DNA from: Patescibacteria group bacterium
GTDB taxonomy: Bacteria; Patescibacteriota; Microgenomatia; UBA8517
Assembly: GCA_038206135.1 (NCBI GenBank)
Contig: JBBRBD010000003.1
Coordinates: 4,453 to 68,452, forward strand
Direction of reading: 5' to 3'
Length of the DNA stretch: 64,000 nt
The notes under the pieces are model-generated. The model did no database searches. It saw nothing but the letters and a program-made list of their open reading frames with translations, and was not told the origin of the DNA. Position numbers and translations under genes: made by a program. Shown piece after piece: positions 51,779 to 64,000 of the stretch. Each line of letters begins with the position of its first letter. Position 1 is the first letter of the stretch.

Positions 51779-53068
51779 TTAGCTTGTTTCAGACAAAACT
51801 GCAAAAATATCATCTTTCTCCTCTTTAGGCCTATTGGCGACAATATCATCGTAGATTTTTCTCCAAGTTATCATTGCTTTCATTGAGAAATGGCCAACTA
51901 ACAGAGAAAACAATAATACAAGCATTATTTCTGTTGTAGAAACAACGCTCAGAGTAACAGCCATTACAAGCACAAACGGAACAAGAATAAGGAGAACTAC
52001 AACAACTGCCTCTACCAACGGCTTGTATTTCAAATGCTTAAAACCCCAATTAGAAACATCTGTGACGACCACAAACGAGCCGACTATCGTCAAAAACATT
52101 CCAATTTCGGGCAAATGACTCTCAATTTGAGGATCGACCACAACTAAAGGGGCCCAATCCGGAAAATACGGGTAGATAACAGCGCTCATGGTAAAAAGAC
52201 CCAAATACAGAAGCATCACTATGCCTATATCCTTGGTTTTCATAGCCGGTTCACGCAAGTAATCGGTTGGGTTGTCCTTCCCCATCGTTTTGATAAACCC
52301 AATCACCATGAACAACAAAAAGAAAATAATCAGTTCAAAACGAAAGGATTGCAAAAAAGCATGAACAAGTACAATCACACTGACAACAACCATAATGGCT
52401 GCTACATACTTTTCTTTTTCCTCTCTCAGTGAGGCCATCATGCTCAGGTATATACGACCACCGTCTAATCCTCCAAGCGCAATCATATTGAATAAAACGA
52501 GGTTCAAATTAAAACCTGCAAGCATCAGATATGCCATCACGTTTTGGGAATCAACAATTGCCAGAAACCACCAAAAAATCGCCATCATGAAACTCCCGAA
52601 TGGTCCGAGAAGCAGCATAATTGACTTGTCCCAATGCTTCATTTTGTTGTAATTGGTGTCTGCCGTGACTGCTGCAGCACCAAGAAAGCCAATGAATACA
52701 ATGTAGAATGGCACCTTTGCCCTCATATATCCGTAACCATGAAACAATTCGTGAACCAATAGGCTCAGTAAAAATGCGAGTGCAATTTCAACCCGACCAC
52801 CAATAAATGGAATGAGTGTCAGGAAGCTCACACAGAGGGACCCAATAAGCACCATTCCCCACTTATTAGATGGTTCATCTCCAGCCCAATGGCACACTAA
52901 ATTAATGATGGTAAATATTGGACGAAATGGCGCAGAAAGCACATATGCCACAGGCCTGAGAATTACAACTCGGAGCGTAATCCACACAAGCATGACGACA
53001 ACCCACACAATTCTAAGTGGCAGTAGCCAAACACTTTCTAAAAACTTTGGAGCATGAAGTATATTCAC
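51779..53068 (-). CDS. Site-2 protease-like (M50) membrane metalloprotease
   Basis: VHELFHG (HExxH), LLGPFGS and FNMIALGGLDGGRI (NxxPxxxLDG variant); many TM helices. Confidence 0.8.
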   Translation of the reverse strand: MNILHAPKFLESVWLLPLRIVWVVVMLVWITLRVVILRPVAYVLSAPFRPIFTIINLVCHWAGDEPSNKWGMVLIGSLCVSFLTLIPFIGGRVEIALAFLLSLLVHELFHGYGYMRAKVPFYIVFIGFLGAAAVTADTNYNKMKHWDKSIMLLLGPFGSFMMAIFWWFLAIVDSQNVMAYLMLAGFNLNLVLFNMIALGGLDGGRIYLSMMASLREEKEKYVAAIMVVVSVIVLVHAFLQSFRFELIIFFLLFMVIGFIKTMGKDNPTDYLREPAMKTKDIGIVMLLYLGLFTMSAVIYPYFPDWAPLVVVDPQIESHLPEIGMFLTIVGSFVVVTDVSNWGFKHLKYKPLVEAVVVVLLILVPFVLVMAVTLSVVSTTEIMLVLLFSLLVGHFSMKAMITWRKIYDDIVANRPKEEKDDIFAVLSETS

Positions 53069-53208
53069 GAAATCACCCCTCTTTAAATGTAAAAGGACAA
53101 GAATTACTACGATATTCTAGTGTAATATTTCAATATTATCAAGCTATGGGGTTTAAAGGACATAAAAAAACGCTGCATGTACAGCGTTTTTAGTTTTTTT
53201 GCCTAAGT

Positions 53209-53574
53209 CTACATTCTATGAAAAATAGGCCAAGATAAGATGGAACTTACAAAACTGACAACACAGATAATCACTGCTGATACGAATGGTGATATATTAC
53301 CACCATGTTCGATTCCTATTCTCTTAGCCTCTTGCAATATCCACTCGGAACTCGATGTTTGCAAAGACAGAGAAAAAACAATATAACTGATCAAAGCAAC
53401 GCCCCATGCACTGGCAAAACAAATGAGAATATGGGTTCGAAACTTAATTTCAAATTCAAACTGATTATCGGCGAGATGCCAATCCTTAACCAAAATTTCC
53501 AAGCCACTAATACCAATCGACAATATAAAACCAATCACAATTGCCAATACAATTGTCATTGCAGTCTCATTCAT
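53209..53574 (-). CDS. Hypothetical membrane protein (3 TM)
   Basis: Hydrophobic ORF with an AAGGGG SD; terminator AAAACGCTG/CAGCGTTTT at about 53167-53190. Confidence 0.65.
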   Translation of the reverse strand: MNETAMTIVLAIVIGFILSIGISGLEILVKDWHLADNQFEFEIKFRTHILICFASAWGVALISYIVFSLSLQTSSSEWILQEAKRIGIEHGGNISPFVSAVIICVVSFVSSILSWPIFHRM

Positions 53575-53708
53575 TTTTAGACCCCTTAAATACTTAACTA
53601 TCTTTCTACACTGTGTATACTATAGCATAAAAGGAGTGAATAGTCAATATTATAGGTTCAGACGTGGTATACATTGAAGAACTAAACTAGTAACTTTGAA
53701 TCCAAAAT

Positions 53709-53830
53709 TGTCCCGGCAATGACCTATTCTCACACTCAGTTGCCCGAGCACTACCGTCGGCGCTGACGCGTTTCACTTCTCTGTTCGGAATGGGAAAAGG
53801 TGGTTCCACATCGCACTGATCACCGAGACA
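53709..53830 (-). rRNA. rrf: 5S rRNA
   Basis: The reverse complement contains the conserved CCATTCCGAACAGAGAAGTGAAAC and GCGCCGACGGTAGTG segments; terminal stem TGTCTCGG/CCGGGACA. Confidence 0.93.
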
Positions 53831-53913
53831 GTTTTGAATTCAAAATAAACTATAAAAGAACACTAATCTTATTTCTAAAAAATTTGTGCTCTAAAAGCTC
53901 AAGGAGAAAGGTC

Positions 53914-57387
<3,474 letters not shown>

Positions 57388-57488
57388 GGCCTTTCTCCTT
57401 TGAGCTGTTAAAGTACAAACCTTTTTAGAAATAAATGAAAATAAAAGAAAAACTTCTCTTTCACTTTCATATACTTCTAATCACTAAC

Positions 57489-57565
57489 TGGTGGACCTGA
57501 AGGGACTCGAACCCTTGGCCTCATCATTGCAAATGATGCGCTCTAGCCAACTGAGCTACAGGCCC
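57489..57565 (-). tRNA. tRNA-Ala(TGC), CCA encoded
   Basis: GGGCCTGTAGCTCAGTTGGCTAGAGCGCATCATTTGCAATGATGAGGCCAAGGGTTCGAGTCCCTTCAGGTCCACCA. Confidence 0.97.
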
Positions 57566-57753
57566 AGAACGACTTCATTTTCTTGGGCATTACGAAAACA
57601 CAAAATGTGCAAAAAAAGTGCTGACGCCCTATACGTCAACGAAAGAACTATCAAACTATTTGGATGAGGGATTTCTTGGGCTGCAAGCGTATTAGACTTG
57701 AGCTAAGGGCATACCAACAAAAAGAAATGTCATCTGTTCGTAAAGGTAGAAGT

Positions 57754-57782
57754 ATTATAGAGCCTTGTTTCTGGTAATTCAA
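57754..57782 (-). promoter_or_regulatory. Promoter of the tRNA-Ala-23S-5S unit
   Basis: TTGAAT-17 bp-TATAAT, just downstream of an ORFan terminator. Confidence 0.7.
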
Positions 57783-57801
57783 GTGGAGTCTAAAAAGAAG
57801 A

Positions 57802-57827
57802 GTTCCCGCCTGTGTTTCAGGCGGGAA
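57802..57827 (-). terminator. Intrinsic terminator of the 57851-58045 gene
   Basis: TTCCCGCCTG-tgttt-CAGGCGGGAA. Confidence 0.75.
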
Positions 57828-57850
57828 ATGGAACTGTTTACCAACACTAT

Positions 57851-58045
57851 CTAATAATTCATAAAAAAGTCCTCTAAGACAACAGCTACTGCAAAGCCAA
57901 GAACCTCACAGGCGGAAACTACAAATAAGACAAGTCCTACTGTCTGCTCTTGAACTGGAATCAAGCTTGCCAAAAAGACGCATGGAACAATTGCAAACAT
58001 TGTTCCAAAAAACATGCGATGCATTACAACGTCCAGATATGACAT
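57851..58045 (-). CDS. Small two-TM membrane protein (ORFan)
   Basis: 64 aa with two hydrophobic segments, an AGGAG SD and its own terminator. Confidence 0.6.
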   Translation of the reverse strand: MSYLDVVMHRMFFGTMFAIVPCVFLASLIPVQEQTVGLVLFVVSACEVLGFAVAVVLEDFFMNY

Positions 58046-58096
58046 GTGATTCTCCTGCTGTAATCGAGTAAGAATTTGTATAAGGATTATACAGCA

Positions 58097-59332
58097 CTAT
58101 AGGAGATTACTCAATGTTTTCCAAAAATATTCTGCACCTCTCGAAGAGATTTCATTAGTCGTTTGGATTTCTGAAGCATATCCTTTCATGAAAGTCCCAT
58201 CGCTCAGGTTTTGTGCAATTTTTTCAGCAGCAACACCTGGATCGTTAGATAACAGGAACGCTCGCTTATCCATCAATCCATTTCGCTTAAGGAAACTCAT
58301 ATTGTCATATTCTTGCCGCCCCACAGGCTCTGCAAGTAAAAGGGTCACTCCACCGACTCGATCTCTCGAAATTAACGCCTTAAAACTTTGCTCACTCGGT
58401 TTTGTTATTTCAAATGCAATTGTAGTTGAGCACAATAAATCGTTGTAGTACTTCACAATTTCTCTATCATGATTTGAAGTAATTAGAGAGACGTAATGTC
58501 TTCTACCTAGCTTTACAAGAAACGGATGAGTGTACATGCTTTCTCGACTGACTATATAAAAGTAAAATCGAGGGTTTTTACGATACAAGCTACTCATAAG
58601 CTCATCCATATAATCGAGGTTTACCGCAGCCCCTGAAATTGGCACGCACACTTGGATTCGATCATTTGATTTTGGATCGTGCTGTTCCCGCCTCACACGA
58701 GCTTGTTTTAAACTTAATGACTCTGTAAGTCGTGGGCTGAGCGGGTATGGTAGTACCGCAAACGGTACTGATCTTAGTCCACCTCGTTTTCCATATAACT
58801 CGAGTGCACGCTTTGTTTCGAAGCTTGGAACAGTAATAAGGTCTGCTCCTTCTACATACCAAACCTTTTGAGGACTATCATCTGTTACGACAACGACAAG
58901 CACGATTTTTACGCCAAGCTTCCGAGACAACGCTTCTTTGGCTCCCGCAATTTGGTGTGCAAGCCCAAAGTGAGTTGCAACTATCACCACAGTCTTCACC
59001 ACGTTAAATTCCTGCTCAATAAGCGTTAATATTTCATGCTCAATTCCAGTGTGACTTAACCTCAAAAACAAGCGATAGCTTCGGGTGAAAACTTCTTCGG
59101 GCAGGCCATTTTGAGACCATTCTAATATCGAACGTGTAAAAGGGTGCAAACTAGTTAATCGGTGGAGAGTTGAGGCTGTTTGATCATGAGTACGCAGTAA
59201 ATGAGGGTATACTCCCTTTGTAGCAGCCTCAAACAACGCATTAGTCACCCGTAAATGCCCAAGTCCAGTTGACGCATACGCTAGAATAATTTCAACAGAA
59301 GGATCAGTTAACGGGACGGAAGACTTGGGCAT
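58097..59332 (-). CDS. GT-B fold glycosyltransferase-like protein (MGDG synthase/MurG-like motifs)
   Basis: AYASTGLGHLR, VATHF, VVTD, ITKPSE and PVGRQEYDN. Confidence 0.65.
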   Translation of the reverse strand: MPKSSVPLTDPSVEIILAYASTGLGHLRVTNALFEAATKGVYPHLLRTHDQTASTLHRLTSLHPFTRSILEWSQNGLPEEVFTRSYRLFLRLSHTGIEHEILTLIEQEFNVVKTVVIVATHFGLAHQIAGAKEALSRKLGVKIVLVVVVTDDSPQKVWYVEGADLITVPSFETKRALELYGKRGGLRSVPFAVLPYPLSPRLTESLSLKQARVRREQHDPKSNDRIQVCVPISGAAVNLDYMDELMSSLYRKNPRFYFYIVSRESMYTHPFLVKLGRRHYVSLITSNHDREIVKYYNDLLCSTTIAFEITKPSEQSFKALISRDRVGGVTLLLAEPVGRQEYDNMSFLKRNGLMDKRAFLLSNDPGVAAEKIAQNLSDGTFMKGYASEIQTTNEISSRGAEYFWKTLSNLL

Positions 59333-59372
59333 AAATCATTGTAACCTAACTAATACAACCGATAATAGGTAC

Positions 59373-59479
59373 TTGACAATTTCAGATTATGGGGTATACT
59401 TTATCTAGAGTTAAGTAAGAGCAGCAGAGAGGAATAAAAGAATATAGGTCTTGACAATTAGCACTCTCTGGTATACACT
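59373..59479 (+). promoter_or_regulatory. Tandem sigma70-type promoters
   Basis: TTGACA-16-TATACT (59373-59400) and TTGACA-17-TACACT (59451-59479). Confidence 0.7.
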
Positions 59480-59504
59480 GCTAATATCTTCAGTTAAGTT
59501 ACTT

Positions 59505-59815
59505 CTTAGTACAGCTAAGGTTCACCGGTTCTGGTTAGACGGGGAGCTATAAAAATAAAAAATTATAATCCCCCGTCTGGGCAGTACAAAGCTCAGAGAC
59601 TAGAGATATGACTTGCTAATTGCAGCTTAAACCATATCTCGCACATTAAAAAAAACTAGAAGAGAGAGAAACTTTCACAAGCTTGGATAGTGAGGCGTGA
59701 AGGAGCAAGAGGCTTCGAATCAATTTGATTTGGGCGTCTTACTCCTCTCGCGCCTCATTAAGCACAAAGCTTGTGACAAGTCGACAGGCCACAAGCCAGA
59801 TCGAAACCGGCGCAC
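59505..59815 (+). ncRNA. Large structured leader RNA, class unknown
   Basis: Several long complementary helices (AGACGGGG/CCCCGTCT, GAGATATG/CATATCTC, a ~100-nt rod at 59675-59776) and the motif GCTCAGAGACTA. Confidence 0.55.
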
Positions 59816-59847
59816 CCGTTCTTATAATGTTAGAGGAGAAAAAGATT

Positions 59848-60735
59848 GTGAAGAGCTTACTAAAGTACGGAATAGTCGGGATCATCGTATCGATGTTTTT
59901 TGCATTGCCAATCGTGAATCCACTATTGGCTGTTCAATTGGGTCAGGCTCACTCAGTGGGAGCTTGGCACGGGAGCACTACTCCAACTTCCGATTGCGGA
60001 GGATGGATTGTCGAAGTAGATACGACATGGTCAGGCTATGTCGGAAGCATCGACAGTTCTTCGAACTTAACCGGCAGTTGGACAGATGGTCAAACATCCG
60101 TTAACTGGTCAGTTACTGTTCGTTGGGCAACTGGCGAAACCTGGAGCGATAGCGGCACCATTAGCAAAATGGGTGATTGCACACCCCAGGTTCTTACTCG
60201 TGAAGCGTCAAAGTGCGATGGCACTACCTACGTTTCATGGAAAGAACAAAGTACTGATGGTGGAAAAACATGGACGAAGGTCGATGGAATCGAAAATCGT
60301 GAGGAAAATTCCACAAAGTGTGGATATGTTCCTCCGACCAAGCCTACAGGACATTGGTGTTTGGAATGCCAGAAGGTAACCGTTCCTCCACAATCTACTG
60401 ATTGTGTCTTCCCATTGGGAGGGACAGTTCTTTCAGTGAAAGACGGCAAGTCAGACGTTGCATTCAATCAGATGCCTTGGGGAATTCAGTTCACGGACGG
60501 AGATCGCATGAATGCGAAACCCGTTTTGAATTATGAAATGTCCACAGGCGAGAAGATAACAATGCAAATGACACCCGGTGTCACCTATGATCCAGATCGT
60601 AAAGGTTGCTACATGGCAACGTCTTCCTTCCACCCGGAAGGATTCAAGGCAGGTTCAATTCTGCAAATCACCAGCGCCAACGGTGCAGGTGACCCATGTG
60701 TCTACGTTTTAGTTTGGGTTGAAGACAAACCCTAA
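59848..60735 (+). CDS. Secreted Cys-rich hypothetical protein (ORFan cassette)
   Basis: GTG 59848 follows a GAGGAG SD and gives a signal peptide (MKSLLKYGIVGIIVSMFFALP...); multiple Cys pairs. Confidence 0.75.
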   Translation: MKSLLKYGIVGIIVSMFFALPIVNPLLAVQLGQAHSVGAWHGSTTPTSDCGGWIVEVDTTWSGYVGSIDSSSNLTGSWTDGQTSVNWSVTVRWATGETWSDSGTISKMGDCTPQVLTREASKCDGTTYVSWKEQSTDGGKTWTKVDGIENREENSTKCGYVPPTKPTGHWCLECQKVTVPPQSTDCVFPLGGTVLSVKDGKSDVAFNQMPWGIQFTDGDRMNAKPVLNYEMSTGEKITMQMTPGVTYDPDRKGCYMATSSFHPEGFKAGSILQITSANGAGDPCVYVLVWVEDKP

Positions 60736-60837
60736 CTCTCTCTTCCTGTCAGCAAGGTTTTTGCAAAATGCGATTTATCGTTTTGCGGTAAAGCTTCGCG
60801 TTGAGCAATTCCTTGACTGACAGTTTATATAAAGCAT

Positions 60838-60863
60838 AAGGGGAATACAACGGTATTCCCCTT
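60838..60863 (+). terminator. Terminator hairpin
   Basis: AAGGGGAATAC-aacg-GTATTCCCCTT. Confidence 0.75.
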
Positions 60864-60970
60864 CATTAATGAAATCATTTGTTTTCAAGTGATTTGATTA
60901 TTGAATTAATTAGATTAAAAAAACACCCCTCTTCACTAACCAGAAAGGGGTGTTTTTGTGTCTGAAAAAG

Positions 60971-61210
60971 TTAACTAACACTAAAGCGTATTCTGTCAGT
61001 TGTTCGACGAAACTGCATAGGTAACCACTTCACCTTTCTCTCAAGATATAAATTACGCTTTTCGTGTGATGCGATCTTCTTTTCCAGATGCAAATTTTGT
61101 GTCTGTGAATTTGATATCTCTAGATCTTTGACAACTGCATATGTTGCAAAGATCATAAGAAACCAGAGACCAACTCCACAAATTAAAGCCACTACTCCAA
61201 CTGGATCCAT
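60971..61210 (-). CDS. Small single-TM protein with a coiled coil (ORFan)
   Basis: AAGGAGG SD, N-terminal TM helix and heptads (LEKKIASHEKRNLYLE); hairpin at about 60921-60955. Confidence 0.65.
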   Translation of the reverse strand: MDPVGVVALICGVGLWFLMIFATYAVVKDLEISNSQTQNLHLEKKIASHEKRNLYLERKVKWLPMQFRRTTDRIRFSVS

Positions 61211-61282
61211 TTGGCATCCTCCTTATATATAAAGCCCCAATAGATGAGCTATTTTAACATAGTGGGAAGAAATAATTGTGGG

Positions 61283-62815
61283 TTACCTTGTCACTTTAAT
61301 TGGAGTTTTTGGATCTAGTTCAGACTGAGCTTCTGCTTGAAGCCTTCCTGTTGCATCTGTGTATATTGTGTATTTGTGGTCATCATCTGTTCCTGTTAAC
61401 GGATCTTTTGGAATTATTGCTGTATAAGTTGGAGCAACTGCATATCCTTCAACACCCGCGTTTGCTAAGTCAAAACAGGAGGGGCCTGTTCCGATACAAG
61501 TCGCTTTTGTCGGAAAAGGCTTACTTCCAATAGCTGGTAACGTTCCGTTGTGGTCTGCCGCATATTGATAAATTGCGCTGGTAATGTTTAGAAGATCTGC
61601 TCTTCGTTGAGTGTCTCTCGCCTGTTCAATTTGTCTCGGTTCAGTAACAAGGTGCTCAGTCACTGAACCCATTGCACTGGTAAGTTCACTAAAAACATCT
61701 TGCCATGACTTGCTATCCGTTGGAATTTCAACAGGATCAGACTTTCCAAAATCAGAAAGTTTCATGACCGCCGCAACTTGAAAATCTGTTGAGGCAATCC
61801 CAGGTACCATTGAAAGTGCAGGAGTTAAAAGAGATCCATTCCCTTTTGAACCAAAGCTCAAAGTCACTTTACGAACAATGTATGTGCTTTTATCAACATA
61901 CACATCAAAATTAAAATCCTTTAATGAATCAAGCCATGAGCTACTTTGGGCTTTAACTTTGTCATCATCTGTGCCAAATTCTGCAACATACGCATTTACA
62001 AATTCAGCGTCAACAGTTGGGTGTAACTTATAAACGATATTGCCATCAAGAGTATCTGTGGTGAGCGCAATTTTAGACATTAACATTTTGTTATTTAAAA
62101 ATTGAGTTGCAGCTTCTGCAGGAGATTGGGCTGCTTTTGCATTAGCTTCTTCGGAAAGTTTTCGAGCTTCAGTGTCCAATGAATTTGAGTCCCACACAAT
62201 CCACTTTGAAAAAGCATTTGTCCACGTTTCCTCAGGGATCTGAATGAATGAAGAGATTAACTTTGACGGGAAGGTGTTTACCTTCGCATAGATCTTTTTA
62301 TCAGCTGATTTCAGGTCTGCTGCGAAAAGACTTCCCACTTCTAGGGAAAGGGATGACTTTACGTTGTTTACATCAGTGCGGTCTACTGTGCCTTTTAATG
62401 AAGCATCCATATTGTTTGACCCAGAAATAGTAAGCAGAGACGGAGATGTAAGTGCAACACTCGCGTCGAGTGACATCGTCTTAACCTCAGTCGTGGCAAT
62501 GGCCGATTTCTCGATTACATATGTTGCAGTTTTAGGAAGAAATGGTATAGACATGACCGCATCTCTGATGGCCATTTGCACTTTGGCGTTGCCTACAGTT
62601 ATTTTGTCATATGCAATCATTGAAGCTGCAACTCCACTTCCACCTACTAACAAAAACAAGATAAGGACACCAATAAGGACACCAACTTTACTTACTCCTT
62701 TTTTGGGCATTGGAACTGGCGCAATTTCTGGAATAGGTGTTTGTTGTGTTTCGCCCGTTGCAACAGGGACCCCGACTTGTGACGTTACAAATGTTTGTTG
62801 ATTATCCTGATTCAC
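61283..62815 (-). CDS. Membrane-anchored protein with a beta-rich external domain and a C-terminal pilin/pseudopilin-like domain
   Basis: TM helix near the N-terminus, LppX/LolA-like beta region, then QARDTQRRADLLNITSAIYQYAADHNGTLP...C...C...IPKDP. Confidence 0.7.
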   Translation of the reverse strand: MNQDNQQTFVTSQVGVPVATGETQQTPIPEIAPVPMPKKGVSKVGVLIGVLILFLLVGGSGVAASMIAYDKITVGNAKVQMAIRDAVMSIPFLPKTATYVIEKSAIATTEVKTMSLDASVALTSPSLLTISGSNNMDASLKGTVDRTDVNNVKSSLSLEVGSLFAADLKSADKKIYAKVNTFPSKLISSFIQIPEETWTNAFSKWIVWDSNSLDTEARKLSEEANAKAAQSPAEAATQFLNNKMLMSKIALTTDTLDGNIVYKLHPTVDAEFVNAYVAEFGTDDDKVKAQSSSWLDSLKDFNFDVYVDKSTYIVRKVTLSFGSKGNGSLLTPALSMVPGIASTDFQVAAVMKLSDFGKSDPVEIPTDSKSWQDVFSELTSAMGSVTEHLVTEPRQIEQARDTQRRADLLNITSAIYQYAADHNGTLPAIGSKPFPTKATCIGTGPSCFDLANAGVEGYAVAPTYTAIIPKDPLTGTDDDHKYTIYTDATGRLQAEAQSELDPKTPIKVTR

Positions 62816-62855
62816 AGCTCTATCTTAGCAAAATAATTTATCTTTTGCGACAATA

Positions 62856-63332
62856 CTATATTGAAGGTTGAATATTAAGCTCAGTGTAATTACAGTGACA
62901 TACCGCAGTAGATGACTTATTTACAACGGCACCCCATTGCCATGACCCTTTTGCAGCTGCAGTATCTGGAGAGCTCCAATTCAAATCAAGCTGCCAACCG
63001 GCGCATGGACTTGGCTGACCTAAGACGATCGTTTGACCTGGCTTTAAAGTGACAATGTTACTCACATCCTGACAATAATCAGTATCATAACAATCTATCG
63101 CATAGGCAAAGCGAACCGAAATTTTTTGCGTATTGGTTATCTTAAAACAGTCCGTGTTATTCCAATTTCCACTACAAGGAACCACTGGTACTGGTGGTAA
63201 TGCAGCTTTGGTCCGTGAAAATTCAGTTGTTTTTGCCATTGCCACCAGACCGATTGAAAGCCCAAAAAGCAACACCAACAATCCTAAAAATCCTTTTTTT
63301 GAATACAGATGATTGTGATTATATTTGGCCAT
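62856..63332 (-). CDS. Secreted Cys-rich hypothetical protein
   Basis: N-terminal TM helix followed by FSRTKAA and several Cys pairs. Confidence 0.7.
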   Translation of the reverse strand: MAKYNHNHLYSKKGFLGLLVLLFGLSIGLVAMAKTTEFSRTKAALPPVPVVPCSGNWNNTDCFKITNTQKISVRFAYAIDCYDTDYCQDVSNIVTLKPGQTIVLGQPSPCAGWQLDLNWSSPDTAAAKGSWQWGAVVNKSSTAVCHCNYTELNIQPSI

Positions 63333-63344
63333 TTTTGTATATTT

Positions 63345-64000
63345 TTAATTCCCCCATGCAGTGCACGTCTTTACTCCCGAAATGGCATTGCAACTTCTAA
63401 ATCCACATTTATATGTACCTGCTGAATATGCAATTGGGAAACTTGCAAAGACTGCTCTTTGTGCTGCAACGATAGTGGAAGTCTTCGATACTTTCGTAGT
63501 TGTTGCTTTACCTGAAGCGTCAAAGTAAACACAGGAGAGCTCATATGAGACCTGGGTATTTAGGGGAGCTGATAAAACTGCAGGCATTGAACATATTGAA
63601 ACACTTCCTTTTTGGACTCTTCCATTCCCCACGATGTCACATCGTGCACCAGGAGTACAAGCATTAGGAATTGAAGTTGGTGCTGGTGTTGATGTTGGTG
63701 TTGATGACGGAGCTACAGTAGGCGTTACGGTAGGAGCCGGTGTAGACGCAGCAATTACATTAATGGTGAATGGTCTTGAACAATACAAGTTCATGTATCC
63801 AGGATATGTAGCATATTGATCAATTGTCATACTAACAGTGCCAACCTTAAGAGCTGTAACAGTAAGTGCAAGATATTGATATGTAGAGGGAGCATTAAGA
63901 AGTGACTTTCCATTAAACTGAACGGGATTTGTTGTTGCTATGGCTGGATTTGGATTTACAACAACCAACTTGTCCCAAGTTCCTTGTTGAACGGTGAAAC
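63345..64000 (-). CDS. Secreted protein with a P/T linker and Cys-rich C-terminal domain, 5'-partial
   Basis: The frame is open to the window edge (FTVQQGTWDKLVVV...). Confidence 0.7.
   Translation of the reverse strand, partial: FTVQQGTWDKLVVVNPNPAIATTNPVQFNGKSLLNAPSTYQYLALTVTALKVGTVSMTIDQYATYPGYMNLYCSRPFTINVIAASTPAPTVTPTVAPSSTPTSTPAPTSIPNACTPGARCDIVGNGRVQKGSVSICSMPAVLSAPLNTQVSYELSCVYFDASGKATTTKVSKTSTIVAAQRAVFASFPIAYSAGTYKCGFRSCNAISGVKTCTAWGN

Noticed and set aside
59697-60104. 135-aa ORF, and the TTG start at 59725
   Set aside because: Both begin inside the long RNA hairpin; the SD and signal peptide point to GTG 59848.

Overview
This looks like a chromosomal segment of a Patescibacteria (CPR) bacterium, most likely Microgenomates. 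That assignment is inferred from the giant Ser/Thr/Gly-rich surface proteins, DUF2341-LamG tandems, sortases, leaderless housekeeping genes, a 23S intron and unlinked rRNA genes. Positions 1-22.3 kb are a surface-protein island: a 5'-truncated >2,960-aa mosaic-repeat fibre with a phage-tailspike-like chaperone domain, an IS200 tnpA remnant, two paralogous ~1,490-aa multi-LamG proteins and a secreted FN3 protein interrupted by one in-frame TGA. The rest carries ndk, an M16 peptidase, argS, mgtA, leuS, a LysM-M23 peptidase, rho, radA, rpsA and two sortase-substrate pairs. RNA genes are tRNA-Ala(CGC) and a 16S-less tRNA-Ala(TGC)-23S-5S unit with a group I intron at L1931. Single ORFan cassettes with their own Shine-Dalgarno (SD) sites and terminators are interspersed. 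The best leads are: (1) a non-catalytic integrase DNA-binding domain fused to a TM helix and an external domain shared with the C-terminus of the giant fibre; (2) a ~330-nt leader with group I-like core elements; (3) a convergent sense/antisense small-RNA pair; (4) a sortase-anchored ~25-residue disulfide micro-peptide; (5) a leaderless-core versus SD-ORFan split in translation initiation. All calls were made by eye; no databases were searched.
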